The notes: generated from the sequence alone by a model not told the origin. DNA of 64,000 bases from Candidatus Omnitrophota bacterium (GCA_021735655.1 JAIPGM010000004.1:1-64000), one strand, 5' to 3'. Shown: positions 21,025 to 31,565, numbered from the stretch's first letter. Made by a program: numbers and translations.

Positions 21025-21991
21025 TTACTTTTATAATATCCCCGGCTGAAACCTTAGTGATAAGCCCATTATTGCTACGCAAAAGTAAATAGCCCTTTTC
21101 ATCAATTCCTTGGGCTTCTCCTTCAATCATCCGGTCAAAAATCTTAACCCTTATGCGTTTGCCCCAAAGAACACAAAATTTACTCCATTCTTTAAGCAAA
21201 CTAGAAAAACTGTCTTTTTTGGCCTCTCTGTAGCAAGTTTCAATTTCTCCAAGTATGGCTCTAGCAATTTCGACCCGCTTAAACTTCTTTCTAGTATTAA
21301 GAAGTAATGAGGTTGCTTCCGGCGGTAAATCTTTTGAGTTAATATTTACTCCTACTCCAACTACTATAAAATTCACTCTATCGGTCTCAGCGTTAATCTC
21401 ACAAAGTACTCCACCTAACTTTTTACCCGCAAGAATAATATCATTGGGCCATTTAACTTGACAATTAATGCCGGTGGCTTTCTTAATGGCCTTGATTACA
21501 GCTAAGGCAATAACCAAACTAATTTGTGAAACATCGCCCAAAAGAAAAAAACTCGGCCTCAACAACAAAGAAAAGTAAATTCCCCCTGATGGAGAGATCC
21601 ATTTACGCATCAGGCGGCCTTTTCCTTTTTTTTGAGTTTCAGCAAATACAACTGTTCCCTCCGGTGCTCCATCTAAACCGAGCTCTCGACCAAAATCTTG
21701 AGTAGAACCTAAGCTATCATAGTAATGAATTTGTCTGGCTATGAGCTTTGTCTTTAGATTATGCTTTATCTCTTCAGGATAGAATTTATCCGGCACTGAA
21801 ACTAAACTATAACCTCGATGAGGTACAGCTGTAATTTCATAACCTTTTTCAGTAAGATTTAAGATGTGTTTCCAGAGAGCCTGACGACTAATCTTTAACT
21901 TTTTGGCTAGTTCTTCCCCAGAAGAGTAGCCGGATCCACCCCTTAAAGCTTCTAATATTGCATAGTCTAGATTTTTGTTGCTAGTTTTCAT
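21014..21991 (-). CDS. birA: bifunctional biotin-protein ligase / bio operon repressor
   Basis: N-terminal winged HTH, a BPL catalytic domain (GRGRLMRKWISP) and a C-terminal SH3-like domain. Length 325 aa. Confidence 0.9.
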   Translation of the reverse strand: MKTSNKNLDYAILEALRGGSGYSSGEELAKKLKISRQALWKHILNLTEKGYEITAVPHRGYSLVSVPDKFYPEEIKHNLKTKLIARQIHYYDSLGSTQDFGRELGLDGAPEGTVVFAETQKKGKGRLMRKWISPSGGIYFSLLLRPSFFLLGDVSQISLVIALAVIKAIKKATGINCQVKWPNDIILAGKKLGGVLCEINAETDRVNFIVVGVGVNINSKDLPPEATSLLLNTRKKFKRVEIARAILGEIETCYREAKKDSFSSLLKEWSKFCVLWGKRIRVKIFDRMIEGEAQGIDEKGYLLLRSNNGLITKVSAGDIIKVIVN

Positions 21992-21999
21992 CTAAGAGG

Positions 22000-22344
22000 C
22001 TATGAACGAATCATAGTTAAAATCATCTTAAACTTGGTTAAAGCGCGCAGAGCGTGGGGTTTATTGGCCGGCATAATAATAATTTGACCTTTGTTCAAAA
22101 TGTGCGGTTCATTAGAAATCATAACTTCAACTTCACCATCAATAACACCAACCAAAGCATCGAAAGGAGCAGTATGCTCACTTAAACCTTGGTCTTTATC
22201 AAAGGCAAACACAGTAACTGTTCCGGTCTCACCTTTAATTAAAGTACGACTGACCACTGAACCTTCTTGGTATTCAATTAACTCGCTTAAGCGGGTTACT
22301 TTTCCCAGTAAAGCCTTCTCAACTGAAACTGATTTATTATCCAT
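22000..22344 (-). CDS. cupin domain protein
   Basis: 114 aa with a cupin-like pattern, including a conserved PHA motif. Confidence 0.45.
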   Translation of the reverse strand: MDNKSVSVEKALLGKVTRLSELIEYQEGSVVSRTLIKGETGTVTVFAFDKDQGLSEHTAPFDALVGVIDGEVEVMISNEPHILNKGQIIIMPANKPHALRALTKFKMILTMIRS

Positions 22345-22502
22345 TGAGCCTCTCCTAAAATAATTAATAAACTATTATGAATACAAGGTAGGCAGTTTAA
22401 CGTCTTACCCGGGACATCTTAGAACAACCTTCTTTGCAATGCGTAACTGGACGCAGCATAAATTTGATTATAATATTCATATCTCACCTCCTCAATTATT
22501 AT

Positions 22503-23111
22503 CTAATTCCCAAAATGCTTCTTTAAATATTGTTCTAGAAGAGCCGTGGCTTCATCTTTACATTGACCACAGACTGTACCAAGTTTTGTTTTCTCTTGCA
22601 ACTCATAGTAGCTACGGGTACCTTCTAAAACAGCCTGTTCGATCTCAATGTCAGTAACATTCATACATTGACAGATAATCTTAGCTTTTTCTTTTTCGAT
22701 TTTATCAACCAATCCCTGGCGCTGATAGTAGTCACTGATTGCAGCTCTCAAAGCCTTATCGCCTAAAACCGAACAGTGTATTTTATGTTCCGGTAAACCG
22801 CCAAGTTCCTTAGCAATATCCTTAGGTGAAAGTTCAGAGGCCTGATCTAAAGTCATTCCCTTGGCCATCTCTGACAAAATTGAAGTTGAGGCAATAGCAC
22901 TAGCGCAGCCATAAGTCTTCCACTTACAATCAATAATTTTATTAGTTTCCTTGTCAACCTTAATGACCACAACCATCTGATCGCCACACTTTATGTTTCC
23001 GACTATGCCTTTGCCGTCTGCCTGATAAGCAGCTTCATCTTCTAAAACATTTTTAGGATTAGTAAAATGTGCCTTTAACTTCTCACTATATACCCATTCT
23101 GGATTAGTCAT
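22503..23111 (-). CDS. nifU: NifU-type Fe-S cluster assembly scaffold (IscU-like domain plus BFD-like 2Fe-2S domain)
   Basis: N-terminal IscU motifs (GCASAIAST, HCSVL) and a central CQCMNV...CGQC BFD-like Cys pattern. Length 202 aa. Confidence 0.85.
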   Translation of the reverse strand: MTNPEWVYSEKLKAHFTNPKNVLEDEAAYQADGKGIVGNIKCGDQMVVVIKVDKETNKIIDCKWKTYGCASAIASTSILSEMAKGMTLDQASELSPKDIAKELGGLPEHKIHCSVLGDKALRAAISDYYQRQGLVDKIEKEKAKIICQCMNVTDIEIEQAVLEGTRSYYELQEKTKLGTVCGQCKDEATALLEQYLKKHFGN

Positions 23112-24301
23112 TATTCATCACTTCCTTGATAAGCACTCGACATATCTCTTATCTTTTTTATTACTTTCGGAAGGACTTTAGCTACATATTCTATATCTTT
23201 AGCGCTCGTATCTCTTCCCAAACTAATTCGCACTGAACCATGAGCATATTCAGCTCCTAGGCCAGTTGCTAATAAAACATGTGACGGATCAAGCGAACCA
23301 GAAGCGCAGGCCGAACCAGTTGAAATAGCTATGCCCTCTAAATCAAGATAAAGCAAAATTGCCTCTCCTTCGGCACCAGCAAACGATACGTTTAAGGTAC
23401 CGGGAATGCAATCACTAGGATGACCATTAAAATAAATATCAGAAATATTCTTCTCTATTGCTTCTTTGAGAATTGCTTTTAATTTTAATAAACGCTCCTC
23501 TTCTGGCTTCATCTCTTTAGTCCGCATCTCTATCGCCTTAGCTAATCCGATTATTCCTAAAGTATTTTCAGTTCCGGCCCGGCGACCTCTTTCCTGATGG
23601 CCACCCCTGATTAAAGGACAAAAAGGAACCCCTCTTTTTACGTACAAAGCACCAATTCCTTTAGGCCCGTATATTTTATGTCCAGAAAGAGTTAAAAAAT
23701 CAACGTCTAACTCCTTTACATCTATTGGAATTTTTCCTACTGCCTGAACTGCATCAGTATGAAAAAGTGCCCCCCTAGAATGAGCTATTTTTGCAATCGT
23801 TTTAATATCTTGAATTGTACCAATTTCATTATTAGCCATCATCACTGAAACTAAACCAACCCTCTCACTAAGCATTTTCTCTAAACTTTCGAGATTGATT
23901 TTGCCTTGAGAGTTAACATCAAGATATAAAATTTTAGTACCTTTTTCTTCCAAGCATTTTGCTGTTTCTAATATACAAGGATGTTCGATGGCAGTTGTGA
24001 CGATCTCGGTACGACCACCACGTAAAGAAGTACAATGCGAAGAGGGGCAAGAAAAAATAGATAAAACTGTATTGTTAGCTTCTGAACCACTACCGACAAA
24101 TATAATCTCAGCGCTTTCAGCTCCAAGAAAAGAAGCAATACCTACTCTGGCTTCCTCAATCTGGCCACGAGCACGCCTGCCGGTTGCATGAAGACTTGAG
24201 GGATTACCAAAAAGCCCTAGCGACTCCCTTAAGGCCTTTTCAACTTGAGGATGCAAGGGGGTTGTTGCATTATGATCTAAATAAATATTCTGCCTAGCCA
24301 T
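23111..24301 (-). CDS. nifS: cysteine desulfurase
   Basis: Class V aminotransferase of 396 aa with PLP lysine SGHKIYGPKG and active-site SGSACASG. Confidence 0.9.
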   Translation of the reverse strand: MARQNIYLDHNATTPLHPQVEKALRESLGLFGNPSSLHATGRRARGQIEEARVGIASFLGAESAEIIFVGSGSEANNTVLSIFSCPSSHCTSLRGGRTEIVTTAIEHPCILETAKCLEEKGTKILYLDVNSQGKINLESLEKMLSERVGLVSVMMANNEIGTIQDIKTIAKIAHSRGALFHTDAVQAVGKIPIDVKELDVDFLTLSGHKIYGPKGIGALYVKRGVPFCPLIRGGHQERGRRAGTENTLGIIGLAKAIEMRTKEMKPEEERLLKLKAILKEAIEKNISDIYFNGHPSDCIPGTLNVSFAGAEGEAILLYLDLEGIAISTGSACASGSLDPSHVLLATGLGAEYAHGSVRISLGRDTSAKDIEYVAKVLPKVIKKIRDMSSAYQGSDE

Positions 24302-24363
24302 ATTTTCTCCTTAAACCTCGCTAAAGATTATACTATTAAATCGCCCGAATGAAAAGCAACACC

Positions 24364-27300
24364 TTATTTCTTAAGAATCTGCCTTTCCTTAAACCAACAG
24401 TACAACACTGGGACCAAAATAAGGTTAGAAAGGGTAGCAGTAATCAGACCGCCTACAGTTGGTGAAGCCATTGGCCTCATAACTTCTGAACCGGTTCCGG
24501 TTGCTAACATAACCGGCAAAAGAGCAATAATTGTAGTTGCTGTAGTCATCATTGCCGGACGAAGGCGCAAGAGTCCAGCCCGGATGACTGTCTTTCGTAT
24601 TTCTTCAATAGTTTTGGGGACCTTCTCTCTAAACAAATTATCTAAAGTTGAAAGTAATACTACCGCATTATCAGTAGCCACACCGAACAAAGCAATGAAC
24701 CCCACCCAAACTGCAGTAGATAATCTAAGATCTAAAAAATATAGCAATATAAGGCCACCCATCAAAGACACTGGCAAACCAGTTGAAAGAATAATTAATG
24801 AACTAAAGTTCTTAAAAGCAATGTAAAGGAGCAAGAGAATAACCGTTAAGGCTATAATCAATGAAGGTATTAATCTTTTTCTCGACTCCATCTCTGATTC
24901 AAATTGGCCAGACCAGGAGATAAAATATCCTGAAGGTAATTTAAGACCCCCACTGCCAATTTTTTCCTGAACTGCTTTCTGAGCATTTTTCACAAAATCG
25001 ATCAAGCCAACCTTCTCCTGATCAACATTAATAAAAACCCTTGCATACATCAAAGTATTTTCGGCACTGATAACTGCCGGGCCCAAGACTTTCTTTAACT
25101 TTGCCAGTTGGGCCAAAGGAATGTGGCCGCCGGAAGAAGTTGGGACAAATATCCTCTTTAAGGCCTCAGGGCTCTCCCTAAGTTCACGTAAGTACCTGAT
25201 TCTTACCGGGTAACGCTCTCGGCCTTCAACAGTAGTAGTTATATTCATTCCACCGATTGCAGTCATAATAACATGCTGGATATCGGAAACTTTTATGCCG
25301 TAGCGAGCGGCCTGTTGACGGTCGATTTCTATTTCAAAATATGGCCGACTTGATGCCCGCTCAGCATAAGGACTCACTGCTCCGGGAACTTGCGCCACAA
25401 TTTTTTCAACCTGTATGCCAATATTAACTATTTTTTCTAAATCTGACCCAAAAACCTTAACCCCTACCGGAGTTTGGATTCCGGTCGCTAGCATATCAAT
25501 TCTATTTCGTATCGGTTGGGTCATAATCGGACTCACCCCGGGCATGCGAGTTTTTTCCTGAATCTCCTGAATTAATTTTTGCCGAGTCATACCAACACGC
25601 CAATCTTTTTTATCCTTTAAATGAATAATTGTTTCAATCATCAAAACCGGAGCCGGATCAGTTGCCGTCTCAGCCCGGCCTAATTTTCCAACCACCCACT
25701 CTACTTCGGGAATATCGCTTTTAATAATAAAATCCTGCTTTCGCATTATCTCCATAACCTGAGTTAGAGACGCTCCCGGTAATAGTACCGGCATAAATAA
25801 AAGATCCCCTTCATTTAAGGGCGGCATAAACTCCTGTTTCATGAGCGATCCACAAATAAGCCCAACTACTATCACCAAAATAGAAATTAGCACTATTATT
25901 TTCTTATGCCTCAATGCCCAGCTAATAGTTGGTTTATAGACTTTGCTTAATGCTCGAGCAGTTCTGTTTTCTTCAACCGGACGTAACTTACCGCGCAAAA
26001 AGTAATAACAAAGCGTGGGCAAAAGCACCAAAGCAATAACTGCAGCTGCAGCCATAGCAAAAGTCTTAGTAAAGGCAAGCGGTCTAAAGAGCTTTCCAGC
26101 CTGGCCAGTTAAGACGAAAACCGGGACAAAACCAACTATTGTGGTAAGCAAAGCAAATAAAACCGGCTTACCTACTTCTTGGGATGCGCTAATACAAGTA
26201 TTCAGTCTTTCTGAAGAAGAGAGTTTAGAAACTTTGAGCTCCTCTCTTTTCTCAACAATTCTCCGGTAAATATTTTCAACTAAGACACATCCCGAATCAA
26301 CCATAACTCCGATAGCTATAGCAATACCACCCAAAGACATAATATTAGCATCAACTCCAAATTGACGCATAAGTATAAAAGAAATTAACACTCCTATCGG
26401 AAGAACAATCGAAATGACTATGCTGCCGCCCAAATGTAATAAAAATATAATAATTACAAAAATGGTAATCAGGACTTCTTGACTCAAGGCTGTCTTTAAA
26501 GTGTCGATCGCCCGCAAAATTAAACCGGTACGGTCATAAAAAGGAACTACTTTAACTCCCTCAGGTAAGCCCACTGACAACTCTTTTATTTTTGACTTGA
26601 TTAGCTGGATGACTTTCAATGGATTCTCCCCGTAGCGCATAAGAATTACGCCACCGGTTACTTCCTTTCCTTGCTTATCCAGAGCTCCTCTTCTAAAATC
26701 TGAACCGATAGTAACCTTAGCGATATTCTTTACATATATCGGTACACCCCCTCGGGAATCAATTACAATATCTTCAATATCTTCAGTATTCTTAATAAAG
26801 CCCAAGCCCCTAACCACAAACTCAACCCCACCCTCTTCAAACACCTTTGCCCCGACATCGATGTTTGACTTTTTAACTGCACTAATAACTTGATGCAGCT
26901 TAACCTGGTGAGAAAAAAGCTTATTCGGATCTATATCTATCTGATACTGCTTAACATATCCGCCGACTGAAGCAACTTCTGACACCCCTTCAACCGAAGT
27001 TAGCTGATAACGAACATACCAGTCTTGAATCGAACGAAGCTCGGCCAAATCATAACCATCACCTTCTACTGTATACCAAAATATCTGACCCAAAGCAGTT
27101 GCGTCGGGCCCTAAAGTTACTGAAGCGTCCTTGGGAATATTTTTTTTGGCAAAGTCGAGGCGTTCCAAAACTCTGGTTCTAGCCCAATAAAAATCAGTTC
27201 CGTCTTCAAAAATCATATTAACTAAACCAAAGCCAAAGGCTGAAGTAGAGCGCACCACCTTTACCTTAGGTACTCCCATTAAACCAGTAGTTAAAGGATA

Positions 27301-27498
27301 GATAACTTGATCTTCAACATCTTTAGGACTTCTGCCCGGCCAATCAGCATAAACTAATATTTGAAGCTCACCGATATCGGGTATGGCATCTACCGGAATT
27401 TCTTTCATCGAAGAATAACCCCAAACAATTAGCAAAATAAAGGTAGCTATTACCAAGAAGCGATTCTTGAGAGCAATTTCAATAATTTTATTAATCAT
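24364..27498 (-). CDS. cusA: heavy-metal efflux RND pump (CusA/CzcA family)
   Basis: 1044 aa with 12 TM helices and two large periplasmic loops, typical of HME-RND. Follows the adaptor and OMF genes. Confidence 0.9.
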   Translation of the reverse strand: MINKIIEIALKNRFLVIATFILLIVWGYSSMKEIPVDAIPDIGELQILVYADWPGRSPKDVEDQVIYPLTTGLMGVPKVKVVRSTSAFGFGLVNMIFEDGTDFYWARTRVLERLDFAKKNIPKDASVTLGPDATALGQIFWYTVEGDGYDLAELRSIQDWYVRYQLTSVEGVSEVASVGGYVKQYQIDIDPNKLFSHQVKLHQVISAVKKSNIDVGAKVFEEGGVEFVVRGLGFIKNTEDIEDIVIDSRGGVPIYVKNIAKVTIGSDFRRGALDKQGKEVTGGVILMRYGENPLKVIQLIKSKIKELSVGLPEGVKVVPFYDRTGLILRAIDTLKTALSQEVLITIFVIIIFLLHLGGSIVISIVLPIGVLISFILMRQFGVDANIMSLGGIAIAIGVMVDSGCVLVENIYRRIVEKREELKVSKLSSSERLNTCISASQEVGKPVLFALLTTIVGFVPVFVLTGQAGKLFRPLAFTKTFAMAAAAVIALVLLPTLCYYFLRGKLRPVEENRTARALSKVYKPTISWALRHKKIIVLISILVIVVGLICGSLMKQEFMPPLNEGDLLFMPVLLPGASLTQVMEIMRKQDFIIKSDIPEVEWVVGKLGRAETATDPAPVLMIETIIHLKDKKDWRVGMTRQKLIQEIQEKTRMPGVSPIMTQPIRNRIDMLATGIQTPVGVKVFGSDLEKIVNIGIQVEKIVAQVPGAVSPYAERASSRPYFEIEIDRQQAARYGIKVSDIQHVIMTAIGGMNITTTVEGRERYPVRIRYLRELRESPEALKRIFVPTSSGGHIPLAQLAKLKKVLGPAVISAENTLMYARVFINVDQEKVGLIDFVKNAQKAVQEKIGSGGLKLPSGYFISWSGQFESEMESRKRLIPSLIIALTVILLLLYIAFKNFSSLIILSTGLPVSLMGGLILLYFLDLRLSTAVWVGFIALFGVATDNAVVLLSTLDNLFREKVPKTIEEIRKTVIRAGLLRLRPAMMTTATTIIALLPVMLATGTGSEVMRPMASPTVGGLITATLSNLILVPVLYCWFKERQILKK

Positions 27499-27509
27499 AA
27501 CTTATTAAT

Positions 27510-28688
27510 TTAATGTTGATGCCCGGCTGGCATCGATTCATCTTCTCCCAAAGCTCCTCCATAAGCTGAAGCTGCTGCGCCTAGCTGTGATTGAGAATCA
27601 ATTAAAAAATTTCCTTTTAAAACTACTGACTCTCCTTTTTCAGCTCCGGAAACTAATGGATAGAAATCCATGGTCATACCGTCAAGAACCCCTTGAGCTA
27701 GTGGCCCAACAACTACCTCCCTTAGTTGAAAACGCCCCTGGTCCAAATCAACATAGATAACTTTTCTTCTTCCAGTATCTAAAACCGCATCCTTGGGGAT
27801 ACTTAAAACCGAACCAAGATCACTTCTAAGCCAAACATCCACATACATATTAGGTTTTAGAATATTCCCTTCATTAGCAACTAAAATTTTAAGCCGCTCA
27901 GTTCTGGTTTTTTCCTTTATCACCGGTTCAATACTTTTAACTTCGCCTTTTAAAACAAGACTTGGATCAGCTTGCAAAGTTATCTCGACCAAATCTCCTT
28001 TTTGAGGCCAAATAATTTCATATTCATAAAACTCTGCATAAACCCACATATACTCATCAGGTAAAATTAAACTTCGGTCGGAAACTCCGGCTACTTCAAG
28101 CTCCTTAATCAAATCCTGATCCAAACCCAAAAGCTCAAGTTTTATCTTAGTAGCTTCAACTACATCTTGAGCTCTTTCTTTAGCATCTTCAAACCCCGAC
28201 TCAGAAACCTTTTTATAAGTATTAAGCGCTTGTAAATACTCTTCTTCGGCAGTTCTTAACTGAGGGTCGTGAGCGACAATCCCTACAGTCCGCATCTCTT
28301 TATATAAAGGTACCACCTCGACTTTGAAAGTCTCTACCCCGGCCAATTTCAGTTCGGTAGGGTTTATGGTAACAATGTTAGTTTTTTCCTGAACCATTTC
28401 TAAATCCTTACTACCGATTAAAGTATTTTGAGGAGTTGAATATATCGGAGTTAAATCCATAAAGCAAATCGGGCATTTATTATTTCCTTTTTCAAACTCT
28501 TGAGGACTCACTCTAACCGAAGGATGCATGCCGCAGGTGTAGTACAATATTTTTCTCTCCGGAGTTGCCTCTTCTGACATTTTCATACCACTCATTTGAT
28601 GGCCTTTATGTTTATTCAGATAAAGAAAGGCAATACTGGCGCCAGCTGCCAAAATAACTATTATAATTATCAATATTAATTTTTTCAT
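27510..28688 (-). CDS. cusB: efflux RND periplasmic adaptor with N-terminal heavy-metal-binding domain
   Basis: YYTCGMHPSV and CPICFMDL N-terminal metal-binding motifs, plus the membrane-fusion-protein fold. Length 392 aa. Confidence 0.8.
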   Translation of the reverse strand: MKKLILIIIIVILAAGASIAFLYLNKHKGHQMSGMKMSEEATPERKILYYTCGMHPSVRVSPQEFEKGNNKCPICFMDLTPIYSTPQNTLIGSKDLEMVQEKTNIVTINPTELKLAGVETFKVEVVPLYKEMRTVGIVAHDPQLRTAEEEYLQALNTYKKVSESGFEDAKERAQDVVEATKIKLELLGLDQDLIKELEVAGVSDRSLILPDEYMWVYAEFYEYEIIWPQKGDLVEITLQADPSLVLKGEVKSIEPVIKEKTRTERLKILVANEGNILKPNMYVDVWLRSDLGSVLSIPKDAVLDTGRRKVIYVDLDQGRFQLREVVVGPLAQGVLDGMTMDFYPLVSGAEKGESVVLKGNFLIDSQSQLGAAASAYGGALGEDESMPAGHQH

Positions 28689-28698
28689 TCCTTACCTC

Positions 28699-29964
28699 CT
28701 AAAGATCCTCCCCAATAATATACTCAATTTGAGCAACTGTCTTCATGTAATCTACAGTTTGTTTTAACTCGGCGATTTTTATAGAAATTACGCTTCTTTC
28801 AGCATCAAGAAAACTCAAAAAATCAACCACTCCATCTTCATAGCCAATACGTGATACCGAAAAATTATGCATGCTCTCAGGCAAGATTACATTCTTATAC
28901 AAATCAATAAGTTGCTCTTCAGTCTCCAGCCTAAAGTGTAAGTCCTCTATCTTGAATGATAAAAAGTTTTCCTTATCTTCAACTTGATACTCTTGAGCTT
29001 CTAGCTTTGCTTTTTCAGAACTAATCTCTGAACGTACTTTCCAAAACCACAAAGGAACTTTTACCTGAAAGCCAATCATCCAGGCATCCTGGCCGTCATT
29101 TTCAAGATTAGTGGTTCCGCCGCCGATATCGATATACTCAGCCATAATTCCGAAATCAGGAATATAGCCTTGCTTGGCTAAAGAAAACTTATCCTTTTGT
29201 TTCTCAAGCATTAAAAGATCAATGATTATATGAGGGCTTTCAGCATAAGCTTTATCTAATAACTCATTTTTATCGATGTTGACTCTCTGAGCCAGTAGCC
29301 TAAAACCTAAAGGAAGCTTAATATAACTATTTTGGGGCCGGTTCAAGATACGATTAATTTGAGCTCGAAGAAGGTTTTTTTGCTTGTTTAATTTCAAAAT
29401 TTTGTCTTCGATCTTAGCAATTTCTAAATCAACTTTCACCAAATCCTGCTGCGGGGCGGAGAGGGTTTCGTATTTACTCTTTATACTACTGCGAATACCT
29501 TCCAAGATCAACTTTTCAGCTTCCATGATGTGGACGGATTCAACGACGAAAAAATAATCATAAAAATAAGACTTCAAATTTTCTATAACCCCCCTTACCT
29601 CTAAAATATAACGGGCATAGGCCACTGCAGCCTCTTTCTGGGCTATGTCGCCTTTAAGCCAAAGTTTACCAGGATAAGGTATCGCTTGTTTTATGCTGTA
29701 TTTTCTCTTCATCGGACCAGCTTTAGTTTCGACTGACTCGCCCCAAAAACCAAAACCAACTTCCGGCTGAGGCAGGCTTCTCTCAGCGGTAATCCTGGCC
29801 TTCTTGGACTCCCATTCTTTATTTAAAGCCCTCAACTTAAGATTATTAACTAAAGCCTCATCAAGCAATAATTCTAAAGTGTCTCTCGTTTTATCTTGAG
29901 CAAAAACTGTCATCCTCAAGACAAAAACAAACATCAAAGAAACTACAAGCAATTTTTTCGTCAT
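28699..29964 (-). CDS. cusC: TolC-family outer membrane efflux protein
   Basis: Signal peptide followed by two OEP repeats. Length 421 aa. First gene of the CBA efflux triad. Confidence 0.8.
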   Translation of the reverse strand: MTKKLLVVSLMFVFVLRMTVFAQDKTRDTLELLLDEALVNNLKLRALNKEWESKKARITAERSLPQPEVGFGFWGESVETKAGPMKRKYSIKQAIPYPGKLWLKGDIAQKEAAVAYARYILEVRGVIENLKSYFYDYFFVVESVHIMEAEKLILEGIRSSIKSKYETLSAPQQDLVKVDLEIAKIEDKILKLNKQKNLLRAQINRILNRPQNSYIKLPLGFRLLAQRVNIDKNELLDKAYAESPHIIIDLLMLEKQKDKFSLAKQGYIPDFGIMAEYIDIGGGTTNLENDGQDAWMIGFQVKVPLWFWKVRSEISSEKAKLEAQEYQVEDKENFLSFKIEDLHFRLETEEQLIDLYKNVILPESMHNFSVSRIGYEDGVVDFLSFLDAERSVISIKIAELKQTVDYMKTVAQIEYIIGEDL

Positions 29965-30242
29965 AGCTTATTCAATCTTTTTATTATACTGATTATCTCA
30001 CTTATTTTTTGTTGCTTATCCTTTTCCGATCTGCCGCTCAGGGCATCGACTACGCAATGCTCCATATGCTTAGAAAGTATCTTTTCAGCAACTCTGCGTA
30101 GGGCGCCGATTGAAGCATATACTTGAGTAGCAATATCAATACAATACTTCTTATCGTCAATCATTTTCTGGATACCTTTAACTTGGCCTTCAATTCGTTT
30201 CAAAGCAATTAAATTCTCTTGGTGAGTTGTCTTGTGGGGCAT
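29961..30242 (-). CDS. csoR: CsoR/RcnR family metal-sensing repressor (Cu(I)-type C-H-C site)
   Basis: 93 aa with a C-x24-H-x3-C ligand arrangement (KYC...SKHMEHC), matching CsoR W-X-Y-Z positions. Confidence 0.75.
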   Translation of the reverse strand: MPHKTTHQENLIALKRIEGQVKGIQKMIDDKKYCIDIATQVYASIGALRRVAEKILSKHMEHCVVDALSGRSEKDKQQKISEIISIIKRLNKL

Positions 30243-30247
30243 ATTAC

Positions 30248-30970
30248 CTACCTCCTGTTTAATTTTATCCTATCTAGAATGGGATTGAAACAATTGGCTA
30301 GAAATAGTGAGCCGATAAAGAAATCATAGCCAGGGAATAGCTTGAAAATAAGAAAAGAAAAAATGCCGGCTAAGCTTCCAAAAATGAACCCTCGTAGAGC
30401 TCCGAAACCCGAGGTCTTAGGCTCAATAAGCATAATAAACAAAAAGAAAAAACTCAAAATACTAAAAGGATTTACTCTTTCGAGAACGAAAAGAGATAAA
30501 AAGAAAACTAAGAACCCTAAAATATGCGGGATTTTCTTAAAAACATAAGCCAGATAAATCCCCACAACTATAATTAAAAAAATGTTAGCTTCGATATGCC
30601 AGGTAAGCGGCAATCGAAAAAGAACGGCTAAAAAAAGAGCGAAATTAGCTGGATTAAATAGGTGTTTTTTTCTAAATCTTAAAAGGTGTTTAGAAACAAT
30701 GGCTAGTAAAGAAAAAATAACTAGTATATAAAAAGCCTGATGATAATCCAAAACTCCTGAAACAATAAATCCGGTAATTAGGGCGCTTTTGACTGAAACC
30801 CTGCGCCTAGAAAATACTTTATTTATATAATAATCAGCCAGACTGGCGCTAACCAGTCCACCTAGAACCCAAAACAGAAAGCGCAATCCCTCTTGAACGG
30901 CCATCATTAACGATAGCGCGCTCAAAAGGACGATTACGATATTTTTCTTGTCTTTTAAAAATTTTCTCAT
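30248..30970 (-). CDS. hypothetical polytopic membrane protein (6-8 TM, several His; FNPA motif reminiscent of the RnfD/NqrB family)
   Basis: Hydrophobic 240 aa ORF embedded in the copper operon. Contains [11 protein letters not shown]. No firm family assignment. Confidence 0.35.
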   Translation of the reverse strand: MRKFLKDKKNIVIVLLSALSLMMAVQEGLRFLFWVLGGLVSASLADYYINKVFSRRRVSVKSALITGFIVSGVLDYHQAFYILVIFSLLAIVSKHLLRFRKKHLFNPANFALFLAVLFRLPLTWHIEANIFLIIVVGIYLAYVFKKIPHILGFLVFFLSLFVLERVNPFSILSFFFLFIMLIEPKTSGFGALRGFIFGSLAGIFSFLIFKLFPGYDFFIGSLFLANCFNPILDRIKLNRR

Positions 30971-31524
30971 TCTTTAACTATTAACTTAGCCTTCATGCTA
31001 TGATGGCCTCTTCCGCAATAAACTGAACAGAGAATCGGAAATTCCCCTGCTTCTTTAGCAATAAACTCTATTTTTCTAGTTTCCCCTTTTTTAACTGTGA
31101 CGTTTATATTGTATTCCTTAATATAGACTCCATGAGGTACATCCCGGGAACTAGCCAGAATTCTTACTATGTCACCTTTTTCTACAACGATCTCCTCTGG
31201 CTCAAAACCAAACTGATAGGCTTCTAATTCAAACTCTTTAATTTTAGAGATATACTTCTCAGGATCCTTCTTAAATTCATCGACGCAGGAAGGGCAACAA
31301 AAATAATAAGTTTTTCCCTGATGAGTGTATGAATATTCTTTGCTAGCCTCTCCTCCCATAACCGGGCAAATTCCTAAATTGTCTTCGGATCTAACTGCCT
31401 TTTCATCCGTCATCTGCTTATTGGTATGATTATCCATGTCGTGGTGATGATGATCCATGTCTTGAGCATAACCCAAACTCAGATTCAAAAAAATAATTAA
31501 ACCAAACAAAACTACTCTTTTCAT
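30967..31524 (-). CDS. secreted His-rich YHS-domain / CuA-type cupredoxin fusion protein
   Basis: Signal peptide, then a His tract [15 protein letters not shown] motif CPVMGG...[11 protein letters not shown]...DPEKY. C-terminal HGVY...(38 aa)...[12 protein letters not shown], which matches the COX2/N2OR CuA motif H...CxxxCGxxHxxM. Confidence 0.65.
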   Translation of the reverse strand: MKRVVLFGLIIFLNLSLGYAQDMDHHHHDMDNHTNKQMTDEKAVRSEDNLGICPVMGGEASKEYSYTHQGKTYYFCCPSCVDEFKKDPEKYISKIKEFELEAYQFGFEPEEIVVEKGDIVRILASSRDVPHGVYIKEYNINVTVKKGETRKIEFIAKEAGEFPILCSVYCGRGHHSMKAKLIVKE

Positions 31525-31565
31525 CGCCCAGCCTCCTTTTCTAAATTATACCAGACTTTTTATCC

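Noticed and set aside
22439-22657. 72-aa plus-strand ORF across the nifU start region
   Set aside because: It overlaps the nifU N-terminus antisense and has no motif. The real feature there is the nifU 5-prime end.
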